From positions 114,578,001-114,642,000 of the forward strand of contig NW_024704742.1 of assembly GCF_018977255.1 (NCBI RefSeq): a stretch of 64,000 bases of DNA. Reading direction: 5' to 3'. The position numbers and the translations under genes are program-made. This DNA is from Callorhinchus milii. Taxonomy: Eukaryota. Shown here piece by piece: positions 13,701 through 26,099 of this stretch (positions are counted from its first letter, which is position 1; the number at the start of each line of letters is the position of its first letter). The notes beneath the pieces are model-generated. The model was not told where the DNA came from, ran no database searches, and saw only the letters and a list, made by a program, of their open reading frames with translations.

Positions 13701-15399
13701 AACATAAAAACATACACATTTTCAGTACAGAATGCTGCCATTGAGCACATGTGTCCGAGACATTGACACCACTTTTAAGATCACTTTTTTGTATTAATGT
13801 TGCTTTCCAGCTCTTTCCTACTATCCATTAATGTTCTTTACTTCTTGGGTGCTTTTAGGGTTGCCTTTTGAATGGCTTGCACATTGCAAGATTTCCTTGA
13901 AGCTGTATTCTATTTATTCCAAAATCTGCTTTATGTCATAAAGCCAATTTTGGTCTTTACACTTTTAGTTTTAATGAAGAAATTGGAGGTTTGGAGATTT
14001 AATGCAGAATAAAATGTTGATTTAATAATGCAACACAAGGTATCATCTTTATTTGATCAATAATTGTGTTTGTGAAGAATGCAGTAACCTTTAAAATGCT
14101 ACAGTCTGCTGTCCAATCTAATGCAGTGTTTTTCAACAGTGCTCAGGTAATTAATTCCCCATATGACACAGTGTAGGTGTGTTCATTTCCCAAACATGTA
14201 TTTCATTCTTCATATTAGGATCTAATACCAACCCACCCGTTCCCTTCGCTCGGGAGGCATCTGCCTGCCTCCTGTCTATCCGCCCCACAATCTGCCCCGA
14301 TTTTCTGGAACTTCATTTCAGACTCCCTCTGACTTGTCCTCTACCTCATCTCTTTCAAGGTTGGTCTCAAGACTTTTCTCTTTGATCATAGCTTTCCCCA
14401 CCCCATCCCCTCGGTTCCCACCCTCAGCTTGGTAGGACTGTCAAGTGCCCTGGAATATTCTTTTGACGTTTGTTATAAAGTACAGCTGTCCTGACCCTTT
14501 GCAGCTACACTTGTAACTAAAGGATCCAATATGGAATGTAGATTTGTGTAGTTATGGCCGAGGTTCAGGAAAACTTTGTTTTTGAGCTCTGCTATATCTT
14601 GTACAATAGTCCCACAACCTTTGGTCTCAATTTAGTCATCTGTTGGATCCATTTGAATTATATACATAAGAGGAGGGAGAGGGGAAGGGGCTAAACTCCA
14701 GAGGGGGAGGGGTAAACCCTAGCCTCGGGTGAGGCCCCAACTCGAGCCAGAGGCTTCACCATCCCCGGCTAGTCACTGCTAAGCCGTGGCATGGAGGAAG
14801 CCGGAAACCCTGCAGCCTTACTGAGACAACTGTCACCCACCACCGGCCCAACTCCAACATGGCACTGCCCAGCCCGAGGCCTCCCAAGAGCAGCAGGAAA
14901 AGTAGCCGAACGGCAATGCCGCTCAAGGCAAATTCCACCTCACCACCGCCATCTTGTTCCCGCCACTTGGCTTTGTCTGAGTCCATGCATGTGTACATAT
15001 GTACATGTTCTGTGAACCACAATGCCACAACACCACTGGGAGTTGATGCAGCCACCAGATGTAACTGCAGCGCTATGTTACACCTTAAGCAAAACTGTCA
15101 TACGTGTATGATGAGCTTGTTTAGGTCATAGCTCATCAACAGTAGGAGATCCTCCCCAAAAAATATGCCCATGACACTCTCAATTGCAAGACCTTTCCGA
15201 TGAGGTATAAATCACGTCTCTACGTCAATCGGTTATTGAGTTCTTAGCGGATACACAGACATTACGTCTTTATTAGTATAAATTTGGATTGTGTATGATT
15301 ATTTTCACTTCTATTCCCCATAACTTTTGTACTTCTCAGGTAGCATCAATGATACTTTCTGTTGGCTGCTTTGCTGTGGATTATCAAATTATCCTTCCT

Positions 15400-15992
15400 C
15401 CCCCACATCCGGTCCCTCACCAGCACTGCTCCGACGTATCTGCTGAAACCCTGGTCCCTTTGTCACCTCTCAGCTGGACTACTCAAACACCCTCCTCGCC
15501 AGCCTCCCCTCCACTACCATCCATAAAATCCACATTATAAAAACACTGACGCCCAATTAGCCCAGTCCTTGCCAGACTGCACTGGCTGCCTGTCCCAGAG
15601 AGGATCGACTTCAAGATCCTCATCCTTGTCTTCAAATCCCTCCACTCCTCTGCACCCCCCTACCTCTCTGACCTCCTCTCTCCTCACAACAGTGCCTGTT
15701 GCCTTTGTTCCACGGGGACAGGCCTCCTCCTCATCCCCCGAGTCCTCCGCTCCACCCTCGGCGCCACTACTCCCCGAGGCTCTGGAACTCCCTTCCCCAC
15801 TCCCTTCGCCTTGCCCCCTCTCTTCCTATTTTCAGGTCTCGGCTGAAGACCTTTTTTTTCGCCCGAGCCTTTGGTCACCTTCCTCCCCCTCTGCCTCCCC
15901 CTGGCTTGGTCCCAGAATCCGTTACTGTGAAACGCTCTGAGACGCCATCTGGCGTGGAGGGCGCTATATAAATCCAAGTTGTTGTTGTTGTG
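15400..15992 (+). mobile_element. L2 LINE 3' fragment (older subfamily)
   Basis: Decayed L2 C-terminal coding remnants (LHWLPV..RIDFKIL, PRLWNSLP, LKTFFF) and a (TTG)n tail. Confidence 0.8.
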
Positions 15993-16196
15993 GATCTGGA
16001 TGGAAAACATGATCTTTGTCCTGTTTCTTGCTGTACTTAAAAAAACTTCTCCTGTGTTATTGTAAACTCCTACACTTAAAAAAAAACTTCTTAGATACAT
16101 TTACCAAGCCTGTATTGTTAGAAATGAAATCCAAGAAACTCAGCAAATGAAATATGGTTGCTATGTCTGAAATGTATTTTATGTGTGTGATTTTAG

Positions 16197-16294
16197 GAGC
16201 ACCATTTACTTGGCCAACCATTTTTCATCCTCCATCCCTGTCGAACATCTGAACTAATGACACCAATAATGGCTGGTGCCAGGCAGGAGAAGAG
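16197..16294 (+). CDS. ATG10: ATG10 exon containing the catalytic cysteine
   Basis: Splice sites ttttag|GAG...AG|gtaagg. Translates EHHLLGQPFFILHPCRTSELMTPIMAGARQEK(R); the HPC active-site motif is intact. Confidence 0.96.
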
Positions 16295-16980
16295 GTAAGG
16301 AATCTTAACAGAGCCTTATGAGCTGTTACATCTTTAAATTGGTGCCAATTGAGTGCAGGTAAATTAAAATACATTGAATTTCTATTAAAACATTCAGAAT
16401 GGGTGTAAGCCTTTTATTTTAAGCAATTAGATCTGTAGTGCAGACAAAAGGTAATGGATTTTCAGTTCTTGTAACTTGATAAAGAGAGGTAAAATAATAA
16501 GGATAAAAGAGGACAATTAAACCATTGAATACAATTATTTCTATCATTTTGTAGAACCTGAGCCTATCATTCATCATTGAGTATTTAGAGAAATGGTGAA
16601 TGGAAAATAAATGATGCTAATAGTTGCAAAGAATAAAGCCCAACAAACATTTTGTTAATTATATTATTTAGTCAAAATGAAAAGTTTTTTTTTAAAACAT
16701 GACACACTGGGTTAAATAGATTATTTAGAATGATTGAATTACCTGTAATCTCCCCAATCGGAGTGTGTACCATCTTGCATTCATTGACTCTCAATGTTTC
16801 TTCAAAAAAAATGACATGATTTTAATGTTGTCTTTCCTTTCAAGAATTGCTCAAGCAGTATTCCTTCTGGAAGAATACCTTTTATCGTCATTAGCTTTAA
16901 CAGAGTAACAGGCTAAAACATCCTGAAGTAATTATGCAACACAAGACACAAAATGCTTTGAAAGCTCAAAGATTGGGCGT

Positions 16981-18880
16981 ACAACAACAACAACAACAAG
17001 ATTCCTTTTATAAAGCGCCTTTCACGTCAGGACGTCCCAAGGCGCTGCACAGTTGGGTCATGACCCGAGCAGGGGGGAAATGGTCAGGGTGAGGGGAGGG
17101 AAGGGAGGGAGCGAGGAGGGGGGAAATGGTCAGGGTGAGGGGAGGGAAGGGAGGGAGCGAGGAGGGGGGAAATGGTCAGGGTGAGGGGAGGGAAGGGAGG
17201 GAGGGAGCGAGGATGGGGAAGAGAGTCGAGAGGGGAGCTGAAGGCTCGGTCAAAGAGAAAGGTTTTGAGACCGGCCTTGAAGGAGGAGAGGGATGAAGCA
17301 AGGCGAAGGCACTGGGGGATAGAGTTCCAGAGCCTCGGGGCTGAGAGGCTGAAGGCCCGGCCACCGATGGTAGGGCAATTGGGGCGGGGGATGTGGAGCA
17401 GACCGGAGCCGGAGGAACGGAGGGTACGGGCAGGTAGGTAGGGGGATAGTAGGTTGGAGAGGTAGGAGAGAGCAAGGCCGTGAATGGCCTTGTAGGTGAG
17501 GATGAGGATCTTGAAATCAATCCTCTGGGGGATGGGGAGCCAGTGGAGGCGAGCGAGGGTGGGAGTGATGTGGTCCCGAAGCCTGGTGCGGGACAGTACA
17601 CGAGCTGCAGAGTTCTGAATGACCTGCAGCTTGTGGAGGGAGGTGGCGGGAAGGCCGGCGAGGAGAGAGTTCCCATAGTCCAGCCTTGAGGTGACAAAGG
17701 CGTGAACCAGGGTTTCAGCAGCGTGAGGGGTGAGGTAGTGCCGTAGTCTGGCGATGTTCCGGAGGTGATGGAAGGCGGTGCCAGTTGTGGTGCGGATGTG
17801 AGGGAGAAAGGACAGCTCAAAACGCCGAGGTTCCTGACTGGCTTTGAGAGGTGGAGAGTGCAGCCTTGGATGCTGATGGTGTCGGCGCCTGAGGTGCGGA
17901 GGCGCTGACGTGAGCCAATCAGGAGGGCCTCGGTTTTTCGCACGTTGAGCTGAAGAAAGTTGTCTCTCGTCCAGGACTCGATGTCGGACAGGCAGCTGTC
18001 AGGACATCGGTGGTCGTGGAGTTGAGAGTAGAGGAGGAAAGGTAGAGTTGGGTGTCATCCGCATACATGTGGAAGTTAACCCCATGTCTGCGGATGATGT
18101 CACCAAGGGGGAGCATGTAGAGGGTGAAGAGGAGGGGACCGAGGACAGAGCCCTGAGGGACACCACATGAGACAGTGCGGGGGGTGGAGGAGAAGCCATT
18201 CGTTGAGACAAAGTGAAGACGGTGAGAAAGGTACGACCTAAACCACTCAAGGACAGTGCCTTGAAGGTTGAGGTGGGAGGACAAGCGGTGGAGTAGGATA
18301 GCGTGGTCGACCGTATCGAATGCTGCCGATAGGTCGAGGAGGACGAGGAGGCAGAGGGAGCCCTGGTCACAGATGGTCAGGATATCATTGGTGACCTTGA
18401 CCAGGGCAGTTTCTGTGCTATGGGCAGCACGGAAACCTGACTGAAGGGGTTCGAAAAGTGAATGGGTGGAAAGGAAAGAGCGCAGTTGGGAGGCGACAAC
18501 TCTTTCCAAGACCTTGGAGAGAAAGGGGAGGTTGGAGATGGGCCGGTAGCTTGATAGCTGCGACGCATCAAGGGAGGGTTTTTTCAGGGTGGGCGTGATG
18601 GTGGCAGTTTTTAAGGGAATGGGGACAGAGCCAGAGGAGAGGGACAGGTTGATGATGTCGGTGATATGTGGGGCAAGAAAGTGGAGCTGGGAGATAAGGA
18701 GTGGAGTGGGGATGGGGTCAAGGGAGCAGGTGGTTGGTTTTAGGGATAGGATGAGTTTGGTGACAGAGGGTGGGGAAACGGGTACAAAAGTGAGTAGGGG
18801 AGGATGGGTAGCAGTCGGAGTGTGGGAGTGAGGGGGTGGGGGGTTGGTGGATGTTGGAGGGGAAGTGACCGCGGAGCGAA
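16981..18880 (-). mobile_element. L2 LINE, 5'-truncated, containing the reverse transcriptase domain (frameshifted)
   Basis: ORF 17919..18509 has [37 protein letters not shown] and YADD. 3' UTR and (TTG)n tail lie at ~16981-17250. Confidence 0.95.
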
Positions 18881-19204
18881 TTCCCTTGATCTTGGATTCT
18901 TGCGTAGTAAGTAATCTTCAACCAGCCTACAAAGGCCCCACCTGGTCTTAGCTTTATCAGATCACACTGATTTGTGGAAAATTTATCATTTCAGTCTTAA
19001 TTTGGTTTCTGATTTTCTACAGTTCTTAAAAAAAGCTTCCAAATTAATTTAAGAATTTTACATAATTCTACAACATTTTGGGCAAGCACGCTAACCAATA
19101 CACTGCAAGACTTAATGGTGCTAGCAAAAGTCTACAAATTTTAGCAAAATTATTGGACCTTCTCATTTGTTTGTCCTTCACTTGCTTTAGGATAGCCCAT
19201 TATT

Positions 19205-21390
19205 TAACAACAACTTACATTTATATAGTGCCCTTCATAAAGCATAACAACTGAGAACAATTCACTGCAAACACCTCCCCTCTTGTTCCGATGCCGAGCA
19301 AGAGTGGGAGGTGTTTGTAGTCACAGTCAAAGAGGTAGGTTATTTGGCCGGATTTAAAGAGAGAGAGAGAGCAAGGTAGAGAGGTAGAGGGAAGGAGTTC
19401 CTGAGAGGGTGTAGCTGTTTAAGGTTTGGCCACTGATGGTGTGGTGGAAGAGGTGGGGACGAGCAGTAGACCCGAGTTTGCTGAGTGGTGGTGGTGAGCA
19501 AAAGAGTGAGGTAGGAAAAGATCACAGACATAGGGAGGTGCTAGGGCATGATGGAATATACAAGTGAGGATGAGGACTTTGAAATCCATCAATTGGGAGA
19601 AGGGGAGCCTGGTATAAGAAGGCTGGTTTGGGTGAGAATGCAGATGAGTAAGTGGGTAGTTGTTTTATATGTTGGAGTTTGTGAATGGTAGAACTCAGGA
19701 TACCAGTGAGAGGTGCATTATAGAAGTTCAATTGTGAGATAACAAAGGAGTGAATGACAACAACAACAAAATTACATTTATAGAGCACCTTTCACGTTGG
19801 GAGGATGTCCCAAAGCACTGAACAGTCAGGTGTCAGGGCCCAAGCGTGGGGGAGGAGTGGTGTAGGGGTGAGGGAAGGCAGAGAGGTGGGAGGGCGAACA
19901 AAGGCACGGTCGAAGAAGAAGGGTCTTGAGACTGGCCTTGAAGGAGGCAAGGGAGGAAACGAGGTGAAGGAACCATGGGATGGAGTTCCAGAGTGTGGGG
20001 GAAGAGAGGCTGAAAGCCCGGCCACCGATGGTAGGGCGGGTTGGGCGGGAGACAGCAGGTCAGAGAGGTAGGAGGGGGCAAGGCCATGGATGGCCTTAAA
20101 GGTGCGGACGAGGATCTTGAATTTGATCCTCTAGGGGATGGGGAGACAGTGGAGTCGGGCGAGGGTGGGAGTGATGGCGTCACAGAGCCTGGTTTGTGAG
20201 AATACACGAGCTGCAGAGTTTTGGATGATCTGCAGCTAGTGAAAGGAAGAGTTGGAAATGAGGATTTCATCAGCATTTTGGTTGAGATAGAAATGGAGTT
20301 GCACAATGTGGTGAAGGAGAAGATAAGTGGGCTTGGTCAGGGACAAAATGTGAGAAACAACAACAACAACAAAATTACATTTATATGGCACCTTTCACGT
20401 CGGGAGGATGTCCCACGGCGCTCGCTGGGAGGGAAGGAAGGAAGGAGGGCTGGGGATTGAACCAAATACGTAGATTGCACAGTGGTTTGAATGAGAAGCC
20501 AGTGAGGGTGAGGTCAGAATTGGAAATTAGGAGATGTTTGGATAGGCTGAAACAAAAGGCTTTCATCGTGTTCATGTTACAGATGCAAAATATTGAGGAT
20601 CTTGCAGTCTTTGATGACCAACAGACAGACTGACAGAACATCAGTAGGCCTAGAATCGAGGGTGGAAGTGGAACATTTATTTGGGGGATTGTTGGCCGGG
20701 ACATGGGGAGAAACTCCATTCTCTTTGACCTGGGTTCTTTAACATCCAACTGAACAGGCAGATAGGGCCTCGATTTAATATTTCAACCGAAGGATGGCAT
20801 CTCCAATAATGCAGAACATCCCAGCACTGCGTTGGAATGTCAGGTTAGGCTATACTAATTCAAAGCCCCGAAGTGTGCTTGAATCGACAACCTTCTAACT
20901 CAGAGACGAAAGATGGTTTATTTTACCACCACCACCATCACCAACGAAAAGATTACATTTGTATGGCGCCTTTCACGTCGGGAGGATGTACCAAGGCGCT
21001 GGACAGTGTACAGCATTTCAGACCCGAGCTGGGGTCAGGGGGGGAGAGGGGAGGGGTGGGGAAGGGGGGTGGCCAGTGGCATGGTCGAAGAGGAGGGTCT
21101 TGAGGCAGGATTTGAAGGAGGCTAAGGAGGGGGCGAGGCGGAGTGATTGGGGGATGGAGTTCCAGAGGTTGGGGGCAAAGTGGCTGAAGTCTCTCCTGTC
21201 AATGGTGGGGCGGGTGGGTTGGGGGATGTGGAGCAGGCCAGAGCCGGCTGAGCAGAGGGAACAGGCGGGTTGGTAGGGGGTTAGGAGGTCACAGAGATAG
21301 GGTGGGGCGAGGCAATTGAGGGCTTTGCAAGTGAGGACCAGGATTTTGAACTGGATCTTTTGAAGGAGAGGGAGCCAATGGAGTCGGGCG
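19205..21390 (-). mobile_element. Cluster of L2 3' fragments and a degenerate Deu-SINE piece
   Basis: Repeated CAACAACAA-AATTACATTT...CTTTCACGTCGGGAGGATG tail complements at ~19757, ~20357 and ~20940, each followed by L2 C-terminal remnants. Confidence 0.75.
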
Positions 21391-22199
21391 AAAATGACTT
21401 ATGAGTCATCCACTTATTATCAATTTAGAAATCTTTTCAGCATTTTCAACCATCAGAAATCACACGGACAGTGGGAGGCAGTGAGCTACAGGCCTGAGAG
21501 GCTGTGAGCTGCAATTCCCGCAGAAGCTCTGCCCTTCTTCAATTTCACAACGTTCCAAACAAGGAGTAAAAACAAGTCCCTTGTCTTGTATCAATGTAAA
21601 AACAGGCTATATTACATTATTATATCCTTTGGTGCAGTCTATCAGCAACATTGATGTGTTGCTTTATTTGCCTCGCCCCTTTTTTTAATCTAGATCTTTA
21701 CAACGTGTCTTGCTATAGGATTTTAGTGTGTCTATTTGCTGCTTTCCTTCTTCCAGTGAGAGAGTAGCATTTTAGAATTCCTAGCAATGGTGAAATCTCT
21801 CTACTAGAACTGCTGTACTTCTGTTCATTTTTCATTGTTGGAATAGTCTAACCCTCATGACAAGAGAAATGGGAAGATTGAGGTTGCTTCACCGAAGAAC
21901 TGGAAACTGTCATTGCAGACTCTTCAAGTAAAACAAGCAGCATTTTTGTTGCTGCAGGCAGAACGTCAAAGCACTAGAAAGGTGCAGAGAATGTGCAGAA
22001 TCTAACCGTAAGTTAGTTTTATCCCGTTGTTGTTCCCAGTGACTCACTTTCGCTTCTTCAAGGAACAATGCTCAGTCAATCTTTTCTAACTTGTAGCTTT
22101 AATGCCATCACCATCTTGGATTTTTGGAGACTTTTTGGCTTTGATGCATATTTATAAAAATAATAATAATAATCCTTGCATTTGATATAGCAGCTTAGG

Positions 22200-22860
22200 T
22201 ATAGTTTCCAGGTGCAAAAAGTAATCAAAAAGGTGAATGGAATGTTGGTCTTTATCTCAAGAGACCTGGAATACAGAGGGGAAGAAATGATGCTTCAGCT
22301 GTATAGAGCGTTAGTCAGACCCCATCTGGAGTACTGCGTTCAGTTTTGGGCATCTGAGGAAAGTTATATTGGCCCTAGAGGGGGTGCAGCGCAGGTTCAC
22401 CAGAATGTTACCAGGCCTAAAAGGATTCAGTTACGAGGAAAATACAAACTTGTATTGTATTCTCTTGAGTTTAGAAGGTTGACAGGTGATTTGATTAAGG
22501 TATTTAAGATGATAAAGGGATTCGATAGGGTGGATACAGAGAAGCTATTTCCTCTGGTGGGGGAATCCAAAACAAGGGGGCGTAGTCTTAAAATTAGAAC
22601 CAGGCCAATTAAGAGTGAAATCAGGAAGCATTTTTTCACTCAAAGGATGGTAGAAATCTGAAATTCTCTCCCCCCAAATCCATCCACACCTTCAAAGAGT
22701 GAGGTTGATAGATTTTTGGTAGGTGAGGATATTAAGGGATATGGGGAGAAAGCGAGAAATTGGAATTGAAAAGATTAGTTGAGGTACAGATCAGCCATGA
22801 TCTAACTAAATGGTGGAACAGGCTCCAAGGGTTGAATGGCCCAATCCTGTTCCTATGTTA
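22200..22860 (+). mobile_element. CR1 LINE 3' fragment
   Basis: ORF 22212..22661 has LYRALVRPHLEYCVQFWA...RRLTGDLIKVFK...RKHFFTQR. 3' UTR ends CCTGTTCCTATGTT. Confidence 0.9.
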
Positions 22861-24352
22861 TCAGATCATTGAGATGGCTCAAATCACTTCACAGAATATA
22901 CTGTAAAGTGAATTGATGGTATATTTTCTGGGCAATTCAAAGCAATTGAAAGTTGCAGAGAACATGCAAAATTTCCATACTAGACATTTTTTGTTCTTGA
23001 AACAGTATTGTGCCATATAAAATAAGTCCCAAAGACCACACATGCATCAGGTGCAAATATGAAATCTTTCCAGCAAATGAATATCACCAAGACTATTTAT
23101 TCTCTCACAGTGCAATATAATTTGCTCTGTTTTGGTTGGTAGAAATAACTTTGCACTTCATGTCTACAGTTATTGCTTTTCAGCTTTTGAAAGTCAATAT
23201 CTAGAAAAGGTACAAAGCCTCAAGGTCAGAGAAGAATGTTTAACACATGAGGACATTGTAGAAATTATTTAGGAGATTTATAAATGTATTTGTCTTCCAA
23301 AATTCTGCTAAGTATCAATCTTCGCTAAATTGTTTTTGATCGCCCAAATATCCGATGCAAGCAAAAACACAGCCCCAGGCATAAGAGTGGGTGAACCAAA
23401 CCCCTGAGAGGGTATAGCTCCTTTGCAAGACTTCAACATTCCCCAAGGGAGATCTTGCAAAATACCTGAATAGCATCCACTTTGGGTGTATCTTCAACTG
23501 TTATCACTGTCACAAATCCATGTGTTGAAGTTACTTTTGTCCATGAAATGACCTCTTTTCCTTTCCTCCTTTCGTTCATTTGAGTTGGAATTACCCAAAT
23601 TAATTTTCTTGAGTTCAGGCCAGAGATGACAAATCGAATATCCCAATTAGCACTGACAGGCAAGGCTTCCTTTACCTCCTTGTTGTATATTCCTCCTGTG
23701 TTAAAACCCGAGTACATATAAAAGTAACAGAAGTATCATACTGCAGATTTCTTCTAGGAAATCCCAAAGTGAAGACACCTGTAATGCAGATCTAATGGAG
23801 AGGACTACCACATTCCGATTTATAAGTAATGACCACAGCCCATCTCTCAAGCATTTCAAGGAGTTTATTCTGAATATTTCCACCCAGTACCTGTAGAGTA
23901 AAACATTGATTATCTGCCAATGTCAGTTCTACACATGGGGTGTGTGTTGGGGTTTGGTGGGAGGAGGTGACAGTGGCTCTGCTCTATTACGTCAGGTAAT
24001 TAATTTTACACTGTAACTGCATAATGATTATAGCCTATTAATGGCTTGGTGAGTCAAAGGTACTCACCTGCAAGTGGTTCAAAGCCTGGTAGTCATCAAC
24101 AGGGCCAAACTCCTATGACTGATACCTTTCTTCAGGGAATGCTGGTAGATATATGCCAATCGCAAAACCTTTTCACTTACTCTTGCATTTGGAATACTCT
24201 CAGCTGTCTGTTCTGCTGGATTTAATTCTAGGAACATCGACAAAGCCTTTGTGGGGGGTGGTGGGGACCTACCCTTGAGTGTAAGATCTGCTGTATGAAA
24301 AGGATTGGCTTAAAAAATGCTTCACTGTTTTACAAAACACTAGCAAACAAAC

Positions 24353-24715
24353 TGTTGTAGGAATAACCCCTAAGGGACAGTCAGTTCCCAAATGGTTAGT
24401 TACACAAAACTGAGATAGAGCACATTTCTCTTGGGAGTCAGTTATCCAGTGAGGTGCATTCTTGTGATGAAGCAGCTAATACACAGTTTAGATAAAGTAT
24501 TAGGACAGAGCCATGCAGTGTACAAGCTGAGGAATTACCTTTGATCATGTATTTTGTGGCAGCTATTGTAGAAACTAGAGAACAGTGAGTGGGTCAGAGA
24601 CTAGTAGTGACTGACCCAACAAAGGCTTTTCTAAATAAACAGTTCATTTGGTATAAAGCCTGGCTTCTCTAAGTGATTGAACATGCTAGAGAGGTGAAAC
24701 ACGGTGTCAGGAGTG
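24353..24715 (+). mobile_element. Putative LTR followed by a tRNA-Leu primer-binding site
   Basis: TG...CA-bounded segment with AATAAA at 24634. It is followed directly by (C)GGTGTCAGGAGTG, which matches the complement of the tRNA-Leu(CAG) 3' end at 13 of 14 nt. The left boundary is tentative. Confidence 0.45.
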
Positions 24716-25374
24716 TTGTGATGCCTCTGTGGAAAGATCCTGAAAAAATATCAAATGTTTATGATTATTTGACAGTTCTGTGTACCGTTTTTTACAAAGC
24801 AGAATAGAATTATCTATTTTGTTTAATTCTTTTACTTTCTACTTTTGAAGTCTGTGTATGTCATATATATATAAAAATTAATAATATTTGCTTATATGTT
24901 TGGAATTAAAAGCTTATTTGTTAATTGGAAAAAGCTGGCATGATTGCTAATATATTTCCATTCTTATTTTGTGAAGACTGACGCGCAATTTCCTGGTGTT
25001 TTATTGGTGGTCCGGGTTAGTCTGAGCTTGATCTTGTGCATCTATATAATCAGTGTACAAGGCAGAATAAACTCGGCGAGACCGAAGCCAGGTACAGCTG
25101 AAATTTGCAGTAACCGAGAAAGGTGTTAGTGTAGTCATTCAATAAGAGATAATAATAATCCTTGCATTTGGTATAGCGCCTTATCACGTCTTTGAGCGCT
25201 TCACGGAATATGCTGTAAAGTGAATTGACTATATTTTATGGGCAAAACACAGCAGCAAGACAGAGAATCGTAAATTCATAACATTTTAGCCTCATTCCTT
25301 AAATGAGGAATGGAATGTAATATGTAAGAATAACACAATATTGACCTCAATATTTCGATGACCATTCAATGGCT

Positions 25375-25524
25375 GCTGAGCTTCTTCTTGAAGTTTCTTC
25401 AGCTGCTTCTTTTCCCATATACCAGTACATCATCCGCAGATGTCTTTACTCCTGCCATTTCTTCTATTGCTTGATGCTGCCCAGGCTGAAATTGCTCTGG
25501 TGTTCTGCAGATACAAAAGACCAT
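25375..25524 (-). mobile_element. Gypsy/Ty3 reverse transcriptase relic
   Basis: Reads MVFCICRTPEQFQPGQHQAIEEMAGVKTSADDVLVYG, resembling the Gypsy pattern MPFGISSAPEEFQ...IADDILVYG. A frameshifted KL.KKKL segment follows. Confidence 0.65.
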
Positions 25525-25695
25525 ATACAACTTCTTCACAGTTAATTACAAATAGGGCCATTTTCTTTCTATTGTTCACATTTTTGCTCACAGGACTGCT
25601 GAGCTGGTTCTGATGGATATTTAGGCAATCTCACCAAATGCTTTCAAATCTGAGGTGTGATCTGAGTTCTCCATGGCTCTAATGAGTTCTCTATA

Positions 25696-25830
25696 GAATT
25701 CTGACGAAGGGTCGTAGACCTGAAATGTTGACTCATTTCCTTTCTCCATAGATGCTGTCTGACCTGCTGAGTGTTCCCAGCGACTTCAGTTTTTGTTTCA
25801 GATTTCCAGCATCTGCAGTATTTTGCGTTT
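25696..25830 (+). mobile_element. Single-arm Penelope-like element with a minimal hammerhead-like motif
   Basis: Sequence CTGACGA-A-GGGTC-GTA-GACCT-GAAA-TG-TT-GACTC; same family as 3521-3762. An 18-bp direct repeat with one mismatch lies at 25687-25704 and 25830-25847. Confidence 0.7.
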
Positions 25831-26099
25831 TCTCTATAGAGTTCTGATGGCTGACCAAAACTTGCTTGCATTATGCTAAGCTTAAGTTTGCTTCAGTAAG
25901 GAGCCTCTCCCCACGTCTGTTTCGAATTTCACATGTTGTTGAATCTGATCCATGATTCACGAAATTCCCCAAAATTGCAAGTCGTTACTAAAATATTCAG
26001 CTCTCCAGTTGTTCATGGTTGTGGATATAAAAACTTAGTAATTACTAGTTGCAAATGTCTACATTACTTCTTCTGGTTGTGTTCTTCCATGCCTCTGAC

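Noticed and set aside
23315..23891. Overlapping - strand ORFs after an acceptor-like site
   Set aside because: Stops occur in all frames and I recognised no protein family.
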